DNA of 64,000 nt from an uncultured Chloroflexia bacterium (GTDB lineage Bacteria; Chloroflexota; Anaerolineae; Anaerolineales; UBA4823): NCBI GenBank assembly GCA_963777935.1, contig CAVZSL010000003.1, forward strand, positions 19,957-83,956. The letters run 5' to 3'. The translations under genes and the position numbers were made by a program. Under the pieces are notes generated by a model. That model made no database searches, was not told where the DNA came from, and was given only the letters and a program-made list of their open reading frames with translations. Positions 50,919 through 61,019 of this stretch are shown here, piece by piece; position 1 is the stretch's first letter; every line of letters starts with the position of its first letter.

Positions 50919-52565
50919 ATGAAGAAAAGATTTACCCACAGAGAATTTTTTAGACTCACGATTGGATTGGTGATAGTTTTAGCGACATTATTATCAAGTT
51001 GCGCTCCTGCTGCAACCAACACGCCTGAAGCCGCACCGGAAACCTCGGCGCCTCCTACATCAGTTCCTCCTACGTCAGTTCCTCCTACGTCAGTTCCTCC
51101 TACTGAAGTCCCCGCAGAACCTAAAGTTACCAAAATTCGGCTATACGGTGACATTCAAAACCTGGACCCCGCTTTCTATAAATCAGCCAACGATAAAGTA
51201 GTAGGCACAAATGTATATAGCGGTCTGGTGACTTATGCGCCCAACTCATATGACATCAAAAACGATCTCGCTGAAAGCATCGAAACATCTGAAGACGGGA
51301 CACAGATCACCTTTAAACTCAGGGAGGGTGTGCAATGGCAAAATGGATATGGCGAGGTGACCACAGAGGATGTTAAGTTCTCATATGAGCGGTTCATTGA
51401 CCCTGAGCTTAAAGCAGCGTATGCCGACGACTGGGCTCAATTGGACCATGTGGAGATTATCGATAAGTATAACGGTGTCATCGTCTTAAAAGGCCCATTC
51501 GCCCCGATTTGGCATTCCACCCTTCCAGTTACCGCTGGGTGGGTGTTGTGCAAGAAGTATGTTGAGGAAGTTGGTCTTGAAACTCTTGCAACCCAACCTT
51601 TGGGGAGTGGGCCGTACATCTTGTCTGAGTGGCTGCCGAAACAACAAGTTACCTTGACCCGCAATCCTGATTATTTTGGAACCCAGCCATACTATGATGA
51701 AATCCACTTCATCCCCATCGAGGACGACAAAGCTGCAGAGATCGCCATGGAAGCTGGTGAACTGGATTTTACTCAGATTAGCATCGACTCATTCGACCAA
51801 TTCGCCAGCAATACCGATTTTACTACTGTCAAAGTGCCGAACATCCGTTTCAGCTGGATTGGCTTGAATGTGGAAAATCCCAAATTAGCGGATGTCAACG
51901 TCCGATTGGCAATCCGTTACGGCATCGACGTGGATAGCATCATCGAAGCCACCTACTTTGGATTAGTAGATCGGGAATTAGGTTTGATCGCACCTGGCCT
52001 GGTTGGGTATTGGCCAGATGCTCCACGCTATGAACGTGATGTGGAAAAGGCAAAAGAATATCTGGCGACGGCTGGTCTCACCTCCTTAGATATCCGATTT
52101 GATATTTTGAACACGACCGAATATCAGACCTGGGCTCAAATCGCCCAACAGAATCTGAAAGAAGTTGGGATCAATGTAACCATCAACCCAATGGACTCAG
52201 CCAGCTTCTGGTCACTCGGCGATGGTGAACAAGGAAAGAATGCCGAGATGTTTGGGATCAACTACTCCATGGAGCCGGATCCCTCCTGGGCGACAGTGTG
52301 GTTCACGACCGCTCAAGTTGGTATCTGGAACTGGATGCGCTGGTCAAACACTGAGTATGATGAATTACACCTAGAAGGCTTGGCCACGCTTGATAATGCA
52401 AAACGAGATCAGATTTATATAAGAATGCAGCAACTTTTCGATGAAGCTGCCCATACCATCTGGATCACCCATGGAAACCTGGTCTTTGTTTACAAACCGA
52501 ATGTCAATGTAGCCATGACGCCAAATGGAGTTATCCAGCCTTATTCATTCTCTGGAACTCCTTAA
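50919..52565 (+). CDS. ABC transporter substrate-binding lipoprotein, family 5 (peptide/nickel/opine type)
   Basis: Lipobox LLSS-C followed by a (PPTSV)n linker. The body resembles DppA/OppA-type SBPs (..FKLREGVQWQNGYGEVTTEDVKFSYER.., ..GSGPYILSEW..). Confidence 0.9.
   Translation: MKKRFTHREFFRLTIGLVIVLATLLSSCAPAATNTPEAAPETSAPPTSVPPTSVPPTSVPPTEVPAEPKVTKIRLYGDIQNLDPAFYKSANDKVVGTNVYSGLVTYAPNSYDIKNDLAESIETSEDGTQITFKLREGVQWQNGYGEVTTEDVKFSYERFIDPELKAAYADDWAQLDHVEIIDKYNGVIVLKGPFAPIWHSTLPVTAGWVLCKKYVEEVGLETLATQPLGSGPYILSEWLPKQQVTLTRNPDYFGTQPYYDEIHFIPIEDDKAAEIAMEAGELDFTQISIDSFDQFASNTDFTTVKVPNIRFSWIGLNVENPKLADVNVRLAIRYGIDVDSIIEATYFGLVDRELGLIAPGLVGYWPDAPRYERDVEKAKEYLATAGLTSLDIRFDILNTTEYQTWAQIAQQNLKEVGINVTINPMDSASFWSLGDGEQGKNAEMFGINYSMEPDPSWATVWFTTAQVGIWNWMRWSNTEYDELHLEGLATLDNAKRDQIYIRMQQLFDEAAHTIWITHGNLVFVYKPNVNVAMTPNGVIQPYSFSGTP
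51051..51104 (+). repeat. 15-bp tandem repeat x3.6 encoding the (PPTSV)n linker
   Basis: CCTCCTACATCAGTT / CCTCCTACGTCAGTT / CCTCCTACGTCAGTT / CCTCCTACT. Confidence 0.9.
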
Positions 52566-52593
52566 TCACTATCTTTAATGCAAGCTGTGTTCT

Positions 52594-52623
52594 CTGGGGC
52601 TCAGGGAAACTCCTGAGCCCCAG
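52594..52623 (+). other. intercistronic stem-loop between the SBP and permease genes
   Basis: CTGGGGCTCAGG (52594-52605) pairs with CCTGAGCCCCAG (52612-52623). No T tract follows. Confidence 0.5.
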
Positions 52624-52686
52624 ATGGTATACTAAAGAATTAAAGTGCAATCGAATCTAGAGAGACGTTAATCCAATCTGCTTCCT

Positions 52687-53634
52687 ATGCGCGGATATTT
52701 CCTAAAGCACATTTTTATGACCTTAGTGGTGCTGATGGTGGTTATCATCGTTTTGGCCTTGTTGGTACACATTGTTCCCGGTGACCCGGCAAGAGTCTTT
52801 CTTGGCCAACGAGCTACGCCGGAATTGATAGCCAGATTTCGAAGCTCCATGGATCTCGATCAACCTGCCTATATCCAGATTGAACGCTTCTTATGGAGAA
52901 CCTTACACGGCGATCTAGGCGTCGATTTATGGACCGGGCGTTCCCTAACGGACACAATCGGAGACGTACTGCCTCATACAATAATCCTGGCCTGGACTAG
53001 TCTCACATTAGCTGTAATCGTTGGAATCCCATTGGGGGTCTTCTCAGCAAGCCACCCTGATTCGTGGGCCGATCGTGCAACGGCAATCCTTTCAATTTCA
53101 TTCATAACCATCCCAAGCTATGTTGGCGGTTTGATTATGTTGCTCATCTTTGCAGTGGAGCTCCAAGTGTTGCCCGCCATGGGTGTAGGCGAGGCAGGCG
53201 ATCCCGTCGATTACATCCGCCACCTAATAATGCCTGCCATTGCTTTGGCAATCCCTTGGGTGGGTTACCTTGCCCGATTGGTGCGTACGAGCCTGCTTGA
53301 AGTGTTTAATGCTGATTACATTCGATCGGCTCGAGCCGCGGGACTTAAGGAAAACCTGATTCTATACAAGTATGCGCTCAAAAATGCTTTGATTCCTACG
53401 ATTGCTGTACTTGGAGTCGGTATCGGCAACCTCATGGGCGGAGCTGTATTCGTAGAAGTCATTTTCAACCGACCGGGCATGGGAACGCTCATCTTTAACG
53501 CAATCCAAATGCGCAACTACCCTCTGGTGCGCGCCGGTGTGCTCGTAGTCGCCCTTCTTTTTATAATAGCTAACTTGATGACCGATATTGTCTATACCTA
53601 CCTCGACCCTCGCATCCAAATGCAAAGGAAATAA
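52687..53634 (+). CDS. ABC transporter permease (DppB/OppB-like)
   Basis: 315-aa, 6-TM ORF with the N-terminal ..HIVPGDPARVFLG.. motif and the EAA loop region ..YIRSARAAGLKE... Confidence 0.9.
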   Translation: MRGYFLKHIFMTLVVLMVVIIVLALLVHIVPGDPARVFLGQRATPELIARFRSSMDLDQPAYIQIERFLWRTLHGDLGVDLWTGRSLTDTIGDVLPHTIILAWTSLTLAVIVGIPLGVFSASHPDSWADRATAILSISFITIPSYVGGLIMLLIFAVELQVLPAMGVGEAGDPVDYIRHLIMPAIALAIPWVGYLARLVRTSLLEVFNADYIRSARAAGLKENLILYKYALKNALIPTIAVLGVGIGNLMGGAVFVEVIFNRPGMGTLIFNAIQMRNYPLVRAGVLVVALLFIIANLMTDIVYTYLDPRIQMQRK

Positions 53635-53647
53635 GATTACCATACAC

Positions 53648-54538
53648 ATGGAATCCTCTCTCACACGAAACAGGCGCATAGGCAATATCCTATATCGTAT
53701 ACCGGTTCTCGGGGATGTGCTGAAACGTCCACTGGGAGCGCTTGGTTTTGCGATTGTTTTGGGATTTGCCCTGGTGGTGATCTTTGCCCCGGTCATCGCA
53801 CCTCATAGTAGCGATGCTTTGGATATTCCACACAAGCTGGAAGGACCATCGTCCACCTACCTTTTGGGAACCGATCACCTGGGACGTGATATTCTTTCAC
53901 GGTTAATCTATGGATCGCGGATTGCACTAGGTACAGCGCTCTCCGCAGTGGGGCTTGCTCTCACTCTGGGATTATTCTTGGGTTTGATTTCAGGTTATGG
54001 GGGTAGCACTATCGATAATATCATCCTTGTCATCCTTAACTCGATCCAGGCTTTTCCAGCAGTCATACTTGCTCTGGCGATGTTGGCTTTACTCGGACCT
54101 TCTTTACTCAACGTAATTCTAGTCATCGGTTTTACTTGGGCACCTGGGTACGCACGAGTCGTGCGGGCGCAGGTATTATCTGTTAAGGAGAACACTTACA
54201 TCGAGGCAGAACGTTCCTTAGGTGCCAGTCGAAAACGTATTGTACTTATTCACGTCCTTCCAAACATTCTAGCACCTTTGGTAATCTTAGTGGCAATGGA
54301 CATACCGGTAGTGATAGCCTTTGAAGCTGGCTTATCGTTCCTGGGATTGGGTGCACCTCCACCCACACCATCTTGGGGTGCAATCCTTTCCGAAGGTTTT
54401 CGTTTTATCCGCAACTCACCCTGGCCAATCACCTGGGCAGCTTTGACGTTGATGCTAACGACTTTAGGCTTTACGCTTTTTGGAGAGACCTTACGAGACG
54501 TGCTGGATCCCCGGTTTTCGGGATTATGGAGAGCATGA
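53648..54538 (+). CDS. ABC transporter permease (DppC/OppC-like)
   Basis: ATG 53648. Motifs ..LLGTDHLGRDILSRLIYGSR.. and ..YIEAERSLGASRKRI... Confidence 0.9.
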   Translation: MESSLTRNRRIGNILYRIPVLGDVLKRPLGALGFAIVLGFALVVIFAPVIAPHSSDALDIPHKLEGPSSTYLLGTDHLGRDILSRLIYGSRIALGTALSAVGLALTLGLFLGLISGYGGSTIDNIILVILNSIQAFPAVILALAMLALLGPSLLNVILVIGFTWAPGYARVVRAQVLSVKENTYIEAERSLGASRKRIVLIHVLPNILAPLVILVAMDIPVVIAFEAGLSFLGLGAPPPTPSWGAILSEGFRFIRNSPWPITWAALTLMLTTLGFTLFGETLRDVLDPRFSGLWRA

Positions 54539-56629
54539 TGGAATCCATTCTCCGCGTCGAAAACCTCCAAATCAGTTATCAAACCCGTTACGGAACTCTT
54601 CCAGCAATTCGAAATGTGAGTTTCGAGGTAAAAGAAAAGGAGATTGTTGGGATTGTTGGAGAATCAGGCTGCGGAAAAAGCACCGTTGCGGCATCGGTTC
54701 TGCGTTTGTTACCACCCAATGGCCGAATCACCGGAGGCCATATCTGGTATAAAGGAAAAGACCTATCCAGCGCAACTGAAGATCAAATGCGTGAATTTCG
54801 TGGATTAGAGAGCTCGATGATTTTCCAGGACCCGATGACCAGCTTAAATCCAGTCTTTTCCATCGAGTCTCAAATGGTAGATGCTTTAGGGGCTCATAAT
54901 AAACAATTGGGTCGTAATGAGAATTCTTCAACAAACCATTCATATGCTTGATCGGGTAGGGATCCCTGATGCTGCTGAGCGTATAAAATGCTATCCACAT
55001 GAATATTCCGGAGGCATGCGCCAACGTGTCATGATCGCCATCGCGCTGCTTGCTAATCCATCTTTCATGGTAGCCGACGAACCGACTTCAGCGTTGGATG
55101 TCACCCTGGAGGCGCAGATCTTGGATCTAATCCGTGGTCTACGCGAGGAATTTGGTACTGGTATTCTTTATATCTCACATGATCTAGGGGTCATGGCTCA
55201 ATTGTGCGATCGGATCATTATCATGTACGCCGGAAACATTGTGGAGAGTGGTGATGTATATGAGATTTTCGACAACCCAAAACACCCTTATACACAAGCT
55301 CTCTTGAATTCACATCCCTCGCGTAAATCAAATCGCGCCCACCTAACAACCATTCCTGGACAAGTACCTAGTTTGAGAGAACTACCTCCGGGTTGCAAAT
55401 TTGCCCCACGTTGCCAGATGGCTGAATCAATCTGCTTTACTTCAGATCCTCTCTTCGTGCAAGCCGGCGCGAGTAAAGTTCTTTGCCATATCTACGACCC
55501 CCAGTACTCACACTACTGGATTGGATTACCATTCAACAAATCAGATAATGGTATCGATCCCAAGAATGAATTGCAGCCAGCGAATAGTGCTCATCAGGGA
55601 ATCCAACCTGCTGAAGGATCTTTCATCTTAAAAATCCGTGGGTTAAAAGTGCATTTCCATGACCGGGTAGGATTTTTGGCTCGAAACAAAGGCCAGAAAC
55701 GAGGCGTCGTGCGTGCTGTTGATGGTGTTGACCTAGAAATTCGGCGCGGCGAGACATTGGGGCTGGTCGGTGAGTCAGGATCTGGTAAGACAACATTGGG
55801 TAGAACTATCCTTCGTTTGGAGAACCCAACTTCTGGACAGACGATTTTACTCAATCAGGATATCAGTCACCTGCCTGAGGCCAAGGTGCGCCCTCTGCGG
55901 GCTCGAATGCAGATGATTTTTCAAGACCCGAGCAGCAGCCTTAGTCCGCGGTTGAAAGTTTCTGCGCTTCTCTCAGAACCTTTTCGCATCCACAAAATCC
56001 AATTCGATCCCAGGGAAAAAGTGAAGGAACTCTTGAATATGGTGGGGCTTTCCCCTGAGCAGGCCGATAAGTACCCTCATGAATTATCCGGAGGGCAGGC
56101 TCGCCGAGTGGGGATAGCTCGTGCCCTCGCTCTGAATCCAGAATTCCTGGTGGCAGATGAACCGACTGCAGGTTTGGATGTTTCGGTAGCAGCCAGTATC
56201 CTTAACTTGTTAAAGGACTTACGCGAGCAACTCAACCTGACATATTTGATCATCACTCACAACCTGAATGTTATCAGCTTCATTGCCGATCGGGTTGGGG
56301 TCATGTATTTGGGTAGATTAGTTGAACTTGGAGCCACAAACGACATCTTCGATCATCCAAAGCATCCCTATACTGAGGCATTAATTTCAGCAATTTCCGT
56401 GCCTGACCCCAGACTACGCGAGTTTCAGAATCAACGCATCATCCTTGAGGGCGAAATTCCAAGCCCCAAAAACCCACCGCCCGGTTGCCATTTCCACCCT
56501 CGCTGTCGGTATGCTGAAGAAAAGTGTTCGCGTGAAGCTCCAATTTTTGAGTTGAAAGATGGAAGCGATCAATGGGTAGCTTGCCATTTTCCGGAGAAGG
56601 TTACGCAACACCGGGTAGAGACATTATAA
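54535..56629 (+). pseudogene. fused tandem ABC ATPase (DppD-DppF type, two nucleotide-binding domains in one polypeptide), frame change at about 54922
   Basis: NBD1: GESGCGKST ... (shift) ... YSGGMRQRV, VADEPTSALD. NBD2: GESGSGKTT, LSGGQARRVGIARAL, VADEPTAGLD. Both carry the oligopeptide-type C-terminal PPGC..RC motifs. Dropping one A of AA (54922-54923) restores the frame. Confidence 0.85.
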
Positions 56630-56703
56630 AATTGGCGCAATGATCGATTTTGCCCGGTTTACAAACCAGGCGAACGCCTTATCAAAATAATTAGGAGTGG
56701 ATT

Positions 56704-57339
56704 ATGGGCAATATCCTCGAACAAATCTCAAATGCAGTGGTAGAAGGACAGTTAAATGAAATTACCTCCTTGACGAATGCTGCGTTAGCTTCTGGTCTGA
56801 CGGCAAAGGATGTCTTGGATAAAGGCTTAATGCCTGGAATGGACATCGTTGGTGTCGGGTTCAAGCGGGGGGACAAATTCATACCTGAAGTATTGATTGC
56901 AGCAACCACAATGCAGATCGCGCTAGATATCCTTAAGCCACTCCTTGCTCAGGCAGGAGAGAAGATGGCTGGAAAAGTCATCATCGGTACTGTTAAAGGC
57001 GATGTGCACGATATCGGCAAAAAGCTGGTCAGTATGATGCTCGAAGGAGCTGGTTTCGAAGTTATCGATCTAGGCAAGGATGTACCAATGGATAAATTCG
57101 TAGACGCCGTGAGAAAAGAGCAGCCAGACCTGGTAGCCATGTCTGCCTTGTTGACAACCACGATGGTCTCGATGAGCCAAACAATCGCCGCGTTGAAAGA
57201 TGCAGGCCTGAGAGATATAGTCAAGATCATGATTGGCGGTGCACCTGTGACAGCGGATTATGCTAAACAGATTGGCGCAGACGGTTATGCTGCGAATGCA
57301 CCAGAAGCTGTCGAATTAGCGATGAAGTTAGCTGACTGA
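56704..57339 (+). CDS. cobalamin-binding corrinoid protein (MtbC/MttC/MtgC-like)
   Basis: 211 aa. An N-terminal helical cap, then the B12-binding motif GDVHDIGKKLV (DxHxxG), MSALLTTTM (SxL) and MIGGAP (GG). Confidence 0.9.
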   Translation: MGNILEQISNAVVEGQLNEITSLTNAALASGLTAKDVLDKGLMPGMDIVGVGFKRGDKFIPEVLIAATTMQIALDILKPLLAQAGEKMAGKVIIGTVKGDVHDIGKKLVSMMLEGAGFEVIDLGKDVPMDKFVDAVRKEQPDLVAMSALLTTTMVSMSQTIAALKDAGLRDIVKIMIGGAPVTADYAKQIGADGYAANAPEAVELAMKLAD

Positions 57340-57352
57340 GGTTGTGCTAATC

Positions 57353-57384
57353 ATCTGCCGGTCAAAAAACTGACCGGCAGATGC
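57353..57384. terminator. 13-bp perfect hairpin between convergent genes
   Basis: CATCTGCCGGTCA-AAAAAC-TGACCGGCAGATG. Confidence 0.55.
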
Positions 57385-57416
57385 TGCGAAAACCCAATTT
57401 ACTCAATATTTTCAAG

Positions 57417-58121
57417 TTACCTGCTAACTAAGCTCAGGATGTAAACGATTAATGGTGCTATAGCTAAAGCAGGGAGAAAGTTCCCAACGCGAATTTTCTT
57501 AATTTCTAATAGACTACTGACGCCAACACCGATTAGTAGTATTCCGCCTGTAGCAGTTAATTCATTCATCATCGCGGCGGTGATTATGGCATCTATTCTA
57601 GCTGCCAGCAGGCTAATACTTCCCTGATAGGCAAGTACTGGCAGAGCTGAAAATGTTACTCCCATTCCCAGTGTCGAAGCAAAGGCTATTGATAGAAAGC
57701 CATCAAGGACCGACTTAATAGAAAGCGTTAGATAGTCTCCCCGTAGCCCGTCACTAATGGAACCAAGTACAGCCATGGGTCCAGTACAAAAAAGCATGGA
57801 CGCACTGAGAAAGCCACGTACAAAACGGCTGGATTTTCCCTCAGAACTTCCCATTACCCGTTTTTCCAGCCAAATTCCCAGCGATTGCATTCTGTCTTCT
57901 ATTTTCCACCACTCTCCCAACAAAGCTCCAATAATTATTGCTCCCAGAACAACGAGAGGTTTTTCGGTTTTTAAAAACATCTGGAAACCAATGGCCGTTG
58001 TGAATAAGCCCATACCCGCAATCATGGTGCTTTTAATATTCTCTGAGAGACGCCTCCCAAAGAAAATTCCAAGCAAACCACCAACAATAATGGCGGCGAC
58101 ATTGATGAGGGTTCCTGTCAT
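57417..58121 (-). CDS. DUF554 family integral membrane protein
   Basis: 234-aa polytopic ORF. MTGTLINVAAIIVGGLLGIFFGRRL.. resembles YdfK/YqgA-type DUF554 proteins. Confidence 0.75.
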   Translation of the reverse strand: MTGTLINVAAIIVGGLLGIFFGRRLSENIKSTMIAGMGLFTTAIGFQMFLKTEKPLVVLGAIIIGALLGEWWKIEDRMQSLGIWLEKRVMGSSEGKSSRFVRGFLSASMLFCTGPMAVLGSISDGLRGDYLTLSIKSVLDGFLSIAFASTLGMGVTFSALPVLAYQGSISLLAARIDAIITAAMMNELTATGGILLIGVGVSSLLEIKKIRVGNFLPALAIAPLIVYILSLVSR

Positions 58122-58145
58122 TTTAATTCACGAGTGGCAGGATTG

Positions 58146-59615
58146 TTACTCTTGTTGTGGTAAAGCTGGAAGAGAGTCCATACCAAATTTATTGGCTGCG
58201 CGTAAAGTAACTGCACGGAGCTCCAGGCGCTGTTCATCGGTTAGTATATTCGGTTGGTATGTGGGTATTAGTTTTTCTACACGATCTCGAGCTCTCTCGA
58301 AAGCAGATTTCTCACCGCGGGCTTTCCAACCGTCAAATGACGCTCGATCTATTACCTCAGAGGGCAGGTACTGTTCCTCTCGGAACCATTTACGAGTATG
58401 CGCCAAGGTCAGGAAATCTCCTTTATGCCCACTCTTCTGCATCAAATTAAGTGCAATCGGATCATCACGTACGATAATTCCTTTTACAAAGCGCTTAACC
58501 ATGCCAATCATTTCAGCATCGATGACTAGTTTTTCATAACTTAGACATGATTCGAGGTCCATCATTCCACAGCCAGAGATGATATTTGCGCCAGACAGAG
58601 CTGCAACAAAATTACTTCCCATTGACTCGAGCCCGCATTGTGCATCAATAATCTTTGCATCACTCATACCCATATATGCATGTGTAGGCAGTCCTAAAGC
58701 CTTTCCGATTTGTACATAGGCAGAACTGATCATCCAGGTTTCGACTGCTCCCATGGGTGTAGATCCTTCCCGCATATCAAATATTGCTGGTGAACCTCCC
58801 CAAACAATGGGAGCACCGGCTTTCGCTAATTGGTGGATAACCACTCCACTTAAGGATTCGGCAGCATGTTGAACAATCGCTCCTGCAAGAGTTACCGGTG
58901 CTGTTGCTCCAGCAAGTGGCATAGAAATGAGTTGAGCAGGGATCAAGAAATGAGCGCAATCAATAAGATTTTGGCATGTAAAATCACTCCACAATAAGGG
59001 TGGAGATGGGCAAACATCGAATACGGCTGTTGGTTTGTTTGCAAGGGCTTCGTCGCCTCCAGCAACAAGTGAAAGCATTTCTTTCATTGTCCACCAGGTA
59101 TCTTTTCGAAAAGCCCCGGTAATGATTGGCTTATTCATATAATTTAAAGCCAGATAGAGACGATAGAGATCACCAATTTCTGGAACAACATCTGAGCACA
59201 CAAATGATGTACTTTGAGCATCAATTTGAGGCAGAGTCTCTACAAGTTTGGTAAATTTAATATAATCGTCAGTATTAGGTAAACGAGGGCGTTCTGTCTG
59301 GCTGTCGATGATCGTCAAACCACCTGATCCTGGATCAAAGTGGATTTTATCGCCATAGTAATGAACTGCGGCATTTCCGTTCAGATCAAATAAAGTAAAT
59401 TCTTTCGGAGCAGTCTGTAAAGCTTTTCGGATAATGTTTTCTGGAATATATGCTACCTGAGCCTTAAAGTCGACCTTGGCATTTGCACTTGCCAACAACT
59501 CTAATGCTTCTTGATTGTGTATACGTACCCCAGGGTTTTCCAAGATCGCGATTGCTTCAGAAATAATTTGCTTAACCAAATCACCATCAAGCATTTGTAG
59601 CTTCGGAATTAACAT
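58146..59615 (-). CDS. MttB-superfamily methyltransferase, non-pyrrolysine type (second paralogue)
   Basis: 489-aa uninterrupted ORF with family similarity (..LDGDLVKQIISEAIAILENPGV.., ..CPSPPLLW.., ..GANIISGCGMMDLES..). Confidence 0.85.
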   Translation of the reverse strand: MLIPKLQMLDGDLVKQIISEAIAILENPGVRIHNQEALELLASANAKVDFKAQVAYIPENIIRKALQTAPKEFTLFDLNGNAAVHYYGDKIHFDPGSGGLTIIDSQTERPRLPNTDDYIKFTKLVETLPQIDAQSTSFVCSDVVPEIGDLYRLYLALNYMNKPIITGAFRKDTWWTMKEMLSLVAGGDEALANKPTAVFDVCPSPPLLWSDFTCQNLIDCAHFLIPAQLISMPLAGATAPVTLAGAIVQHAAESLSGVVIHQLAKAGAPIVWGGSPAIFDMREGSTPMGAVETWMISSAYVQIGKALGLPTHAYMGMSDAKIIDAQCGLESMGSNFVAALSGANIISGCGMMDLESCLSYEKLVIDAEMIGMVKRFVKGIIVRDDPIALNLMQKSGHKGDFLTLAHTRKWFREEQYLPSEVIDRASFDGWKARGEKSAFERARDRVEKLIPTYQPNILTDEQRLELRAVTLRAANKFGMDSLPALPQQE

Positions 59616-59682
59616 AACGGACTCCTATGGAAAATAATTATGGATATGGTGCTTATATTATCGTTGGATTTGATTTTCTCAA

Positions 59683-60330
59683 TTATTGACCGAGTACTTG
59701 TTTTGCGACTTTGATTGCACCAATAGCATCCTCACTATAACCATCCGCACCAATTTGCTTAACCCAATCCATAGTCACGGGAGCACCACCTACCAGAACC
59801 TTTACCTTAGCGCGCATACCCACATCTTCCAGCGCTTCAATGACATCTTTTTGATGCACCATCGTGGTGGTAAGTAATGCACTCATGGCGATAATATCTG
59901 CGCCAACTTCACGAGCTTTTTCCACCACTTTCATCACAGGTACGTCCACACCCATATCAAAGACCTGGAAACCAGCTGAAGACAGCATTGTTCCTACTAA
60001 AGTTTTTCCAATTTCGTGGATATCGCCTTCAACGGTACATAGAACTACCTTGCCCAACATCTTTCGCTCGGTACCAAGCCTGGCTAATTCCGGCTCCAAC
60101 ACAGCCACAGCTGCCTTCATTGCTTCACCCGCCATGACTAGCTCGGGTAGATAGGCATCTCCGTTGGAAAAAGCTTCACCGACTTTGTTAACACCAACGA
60201 CAAAGCCTTGTGATATTGCTTCAAGAGGATCAATACCCAGGGCAATTGCCTGCTGGGCAAGTTCTGAAGCAACTTCATTATCCCCATCGATAATGCTTTG
60301 CGCCATCTTTTGATATAACTCGTTTGTCAT
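59683..60330 (-). CDS. cobalamin-binding corrinoid protein (second paralogue)
   Basis: 215 aa. GDIHEIGKTLV (DxHxxG), MSALLTTTM, LVGGAP. Confidence 0.9.
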   Translation of the reverse strand: MTNELYQKMAQSIIDGDNEVASELAQQAIALGIDPLEAISQGFVVGVNKVGEAFSNGDAYLPELVMAGEAMKAAVAVLEPELARLGTERKMLGKVVLCTVEGDIHEIGKTLVGTMLSSAGFQVFDMGVDVPVMKVVEKAREVGADIIAMSALLTTTMVHQKDVIEALEDVGMRAKVKVLVGGAPVTMDWVKQIGADGYSEDAIGAIKVAKQVLGQ

Positions 60331-60348
60331 ATGTTCTCCATTTATTAT

Positions 60349-60984
60349 TTAATAATTAATCATTATTCTTGAGAGAGTATTTTGAAGATGAGTTTTCATT
60401 GCCTCCTGGCACAAGGACTTTTCTCTATTCTTCAATGCGGTAAGTATATTTTCATGTTGGGAAGAATCTATGATAAAAGGATCGAGTGATAATGCCCGTT
60501 CTACCATTTCAAGCTGTTGCTGGATTAGCGAAGCCAAGATAGCATTCCCCGACGCACGCGCAATCATCATGTGGAATTCCTGGTTAAGTCTAAATGCATC
60601 AGGTTGGATGATGCGACCGACATGATTCGTCGAAATTTTATGTTCTTCTATATTGTTCATCTCCAATGCCTTGATTTCATCATTACCAACATAATCCACA
60701 GCCAAACCAATCGCTTCCACCTCTAAAATAATGCGGACATGGAACATCTCCTTGACATCCCGAATGGAAGGTTTAGTGATCATATAACCAATACGCGGTA
60801 AGGATTCTAAAAATTGCTCATGCGTCAGTACAACCAGGGCTTCCCTTGTGGGAGTTTTACTTGTTCCAAACCGCATACATAGTTCATCGATGTTGATTAT
60901 GTCACCCGGTTTTAATTCGCCAGAAATGATCGTTTGGCGTATTTTTTGGTACGCTTGATTAGATTGCGTAGTTAGATTTTTCAT
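60349..60984 (-). CDS. GntR family (FadR/FCD subfamily-like) transcriptional regulator
   Basis: From ATG 60984: MKNLTTQSNQAYQKIRQTIISGELKPGDIINIDELCMRFGTSKTPTREAL (wHTH), followed by a helical C-terminal domain. It ends 18 nt before the corrinoid gene start. Confidence 0.85.
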   Translation of the reverse strand: MKNLTTQSNQAYQKIRQTIISGELKPGDIINIDELCMRFGTSKTPTREALVVLTHEQFLESLPRIGYMITKPSIRDVKEMFHVRIILEVEAIGLAVDYVGNDEIKALEMNNIEEHKISTNHVGRIIQPDAFRLNQEFHMMIARASGNAILASLIQQQLEMVERALSLDPFIIDSSQHENILTALKNREKSLCQEAMKTHLQNTLSRIMINY

Positions 60985-60993
60985 GTTTTTAAG

Positions 60994-61019
60994 TGGATAT
61001 AATGTTTTGAGGATATAAT
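60994..61019. promoter_or_regulatory. two 9-bp direct repeats (GGATATAAT) immediately upstream of the GntR start; candidate operator or -10 elements
   Basis: GGATATAAT occurs at 60994-61002 and 61011-61019 with a 17-bp period. On the coding (minus) strand these read ATTATATCC twice. Confidence 0.35.

Noticed and set aside
57757-58539. 260-aa plus-strand ORF spanning the DUF554/MttB-2 junction
   Set aside because: It is antisense to two well-supported minus-strand genes and crosses their intergenic gap. Its composition (Pro/Ser/Arg-rich) is typical of non-coding frames.
49261-59615. Possibility that the MttB genes are pyrrolysine (in-frame TAG) enzymes
   Set aside because: Both reading frames are continuous from start to stop with no internal amber codon. 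No pylS/pylBCD-like genes are seen in the window.
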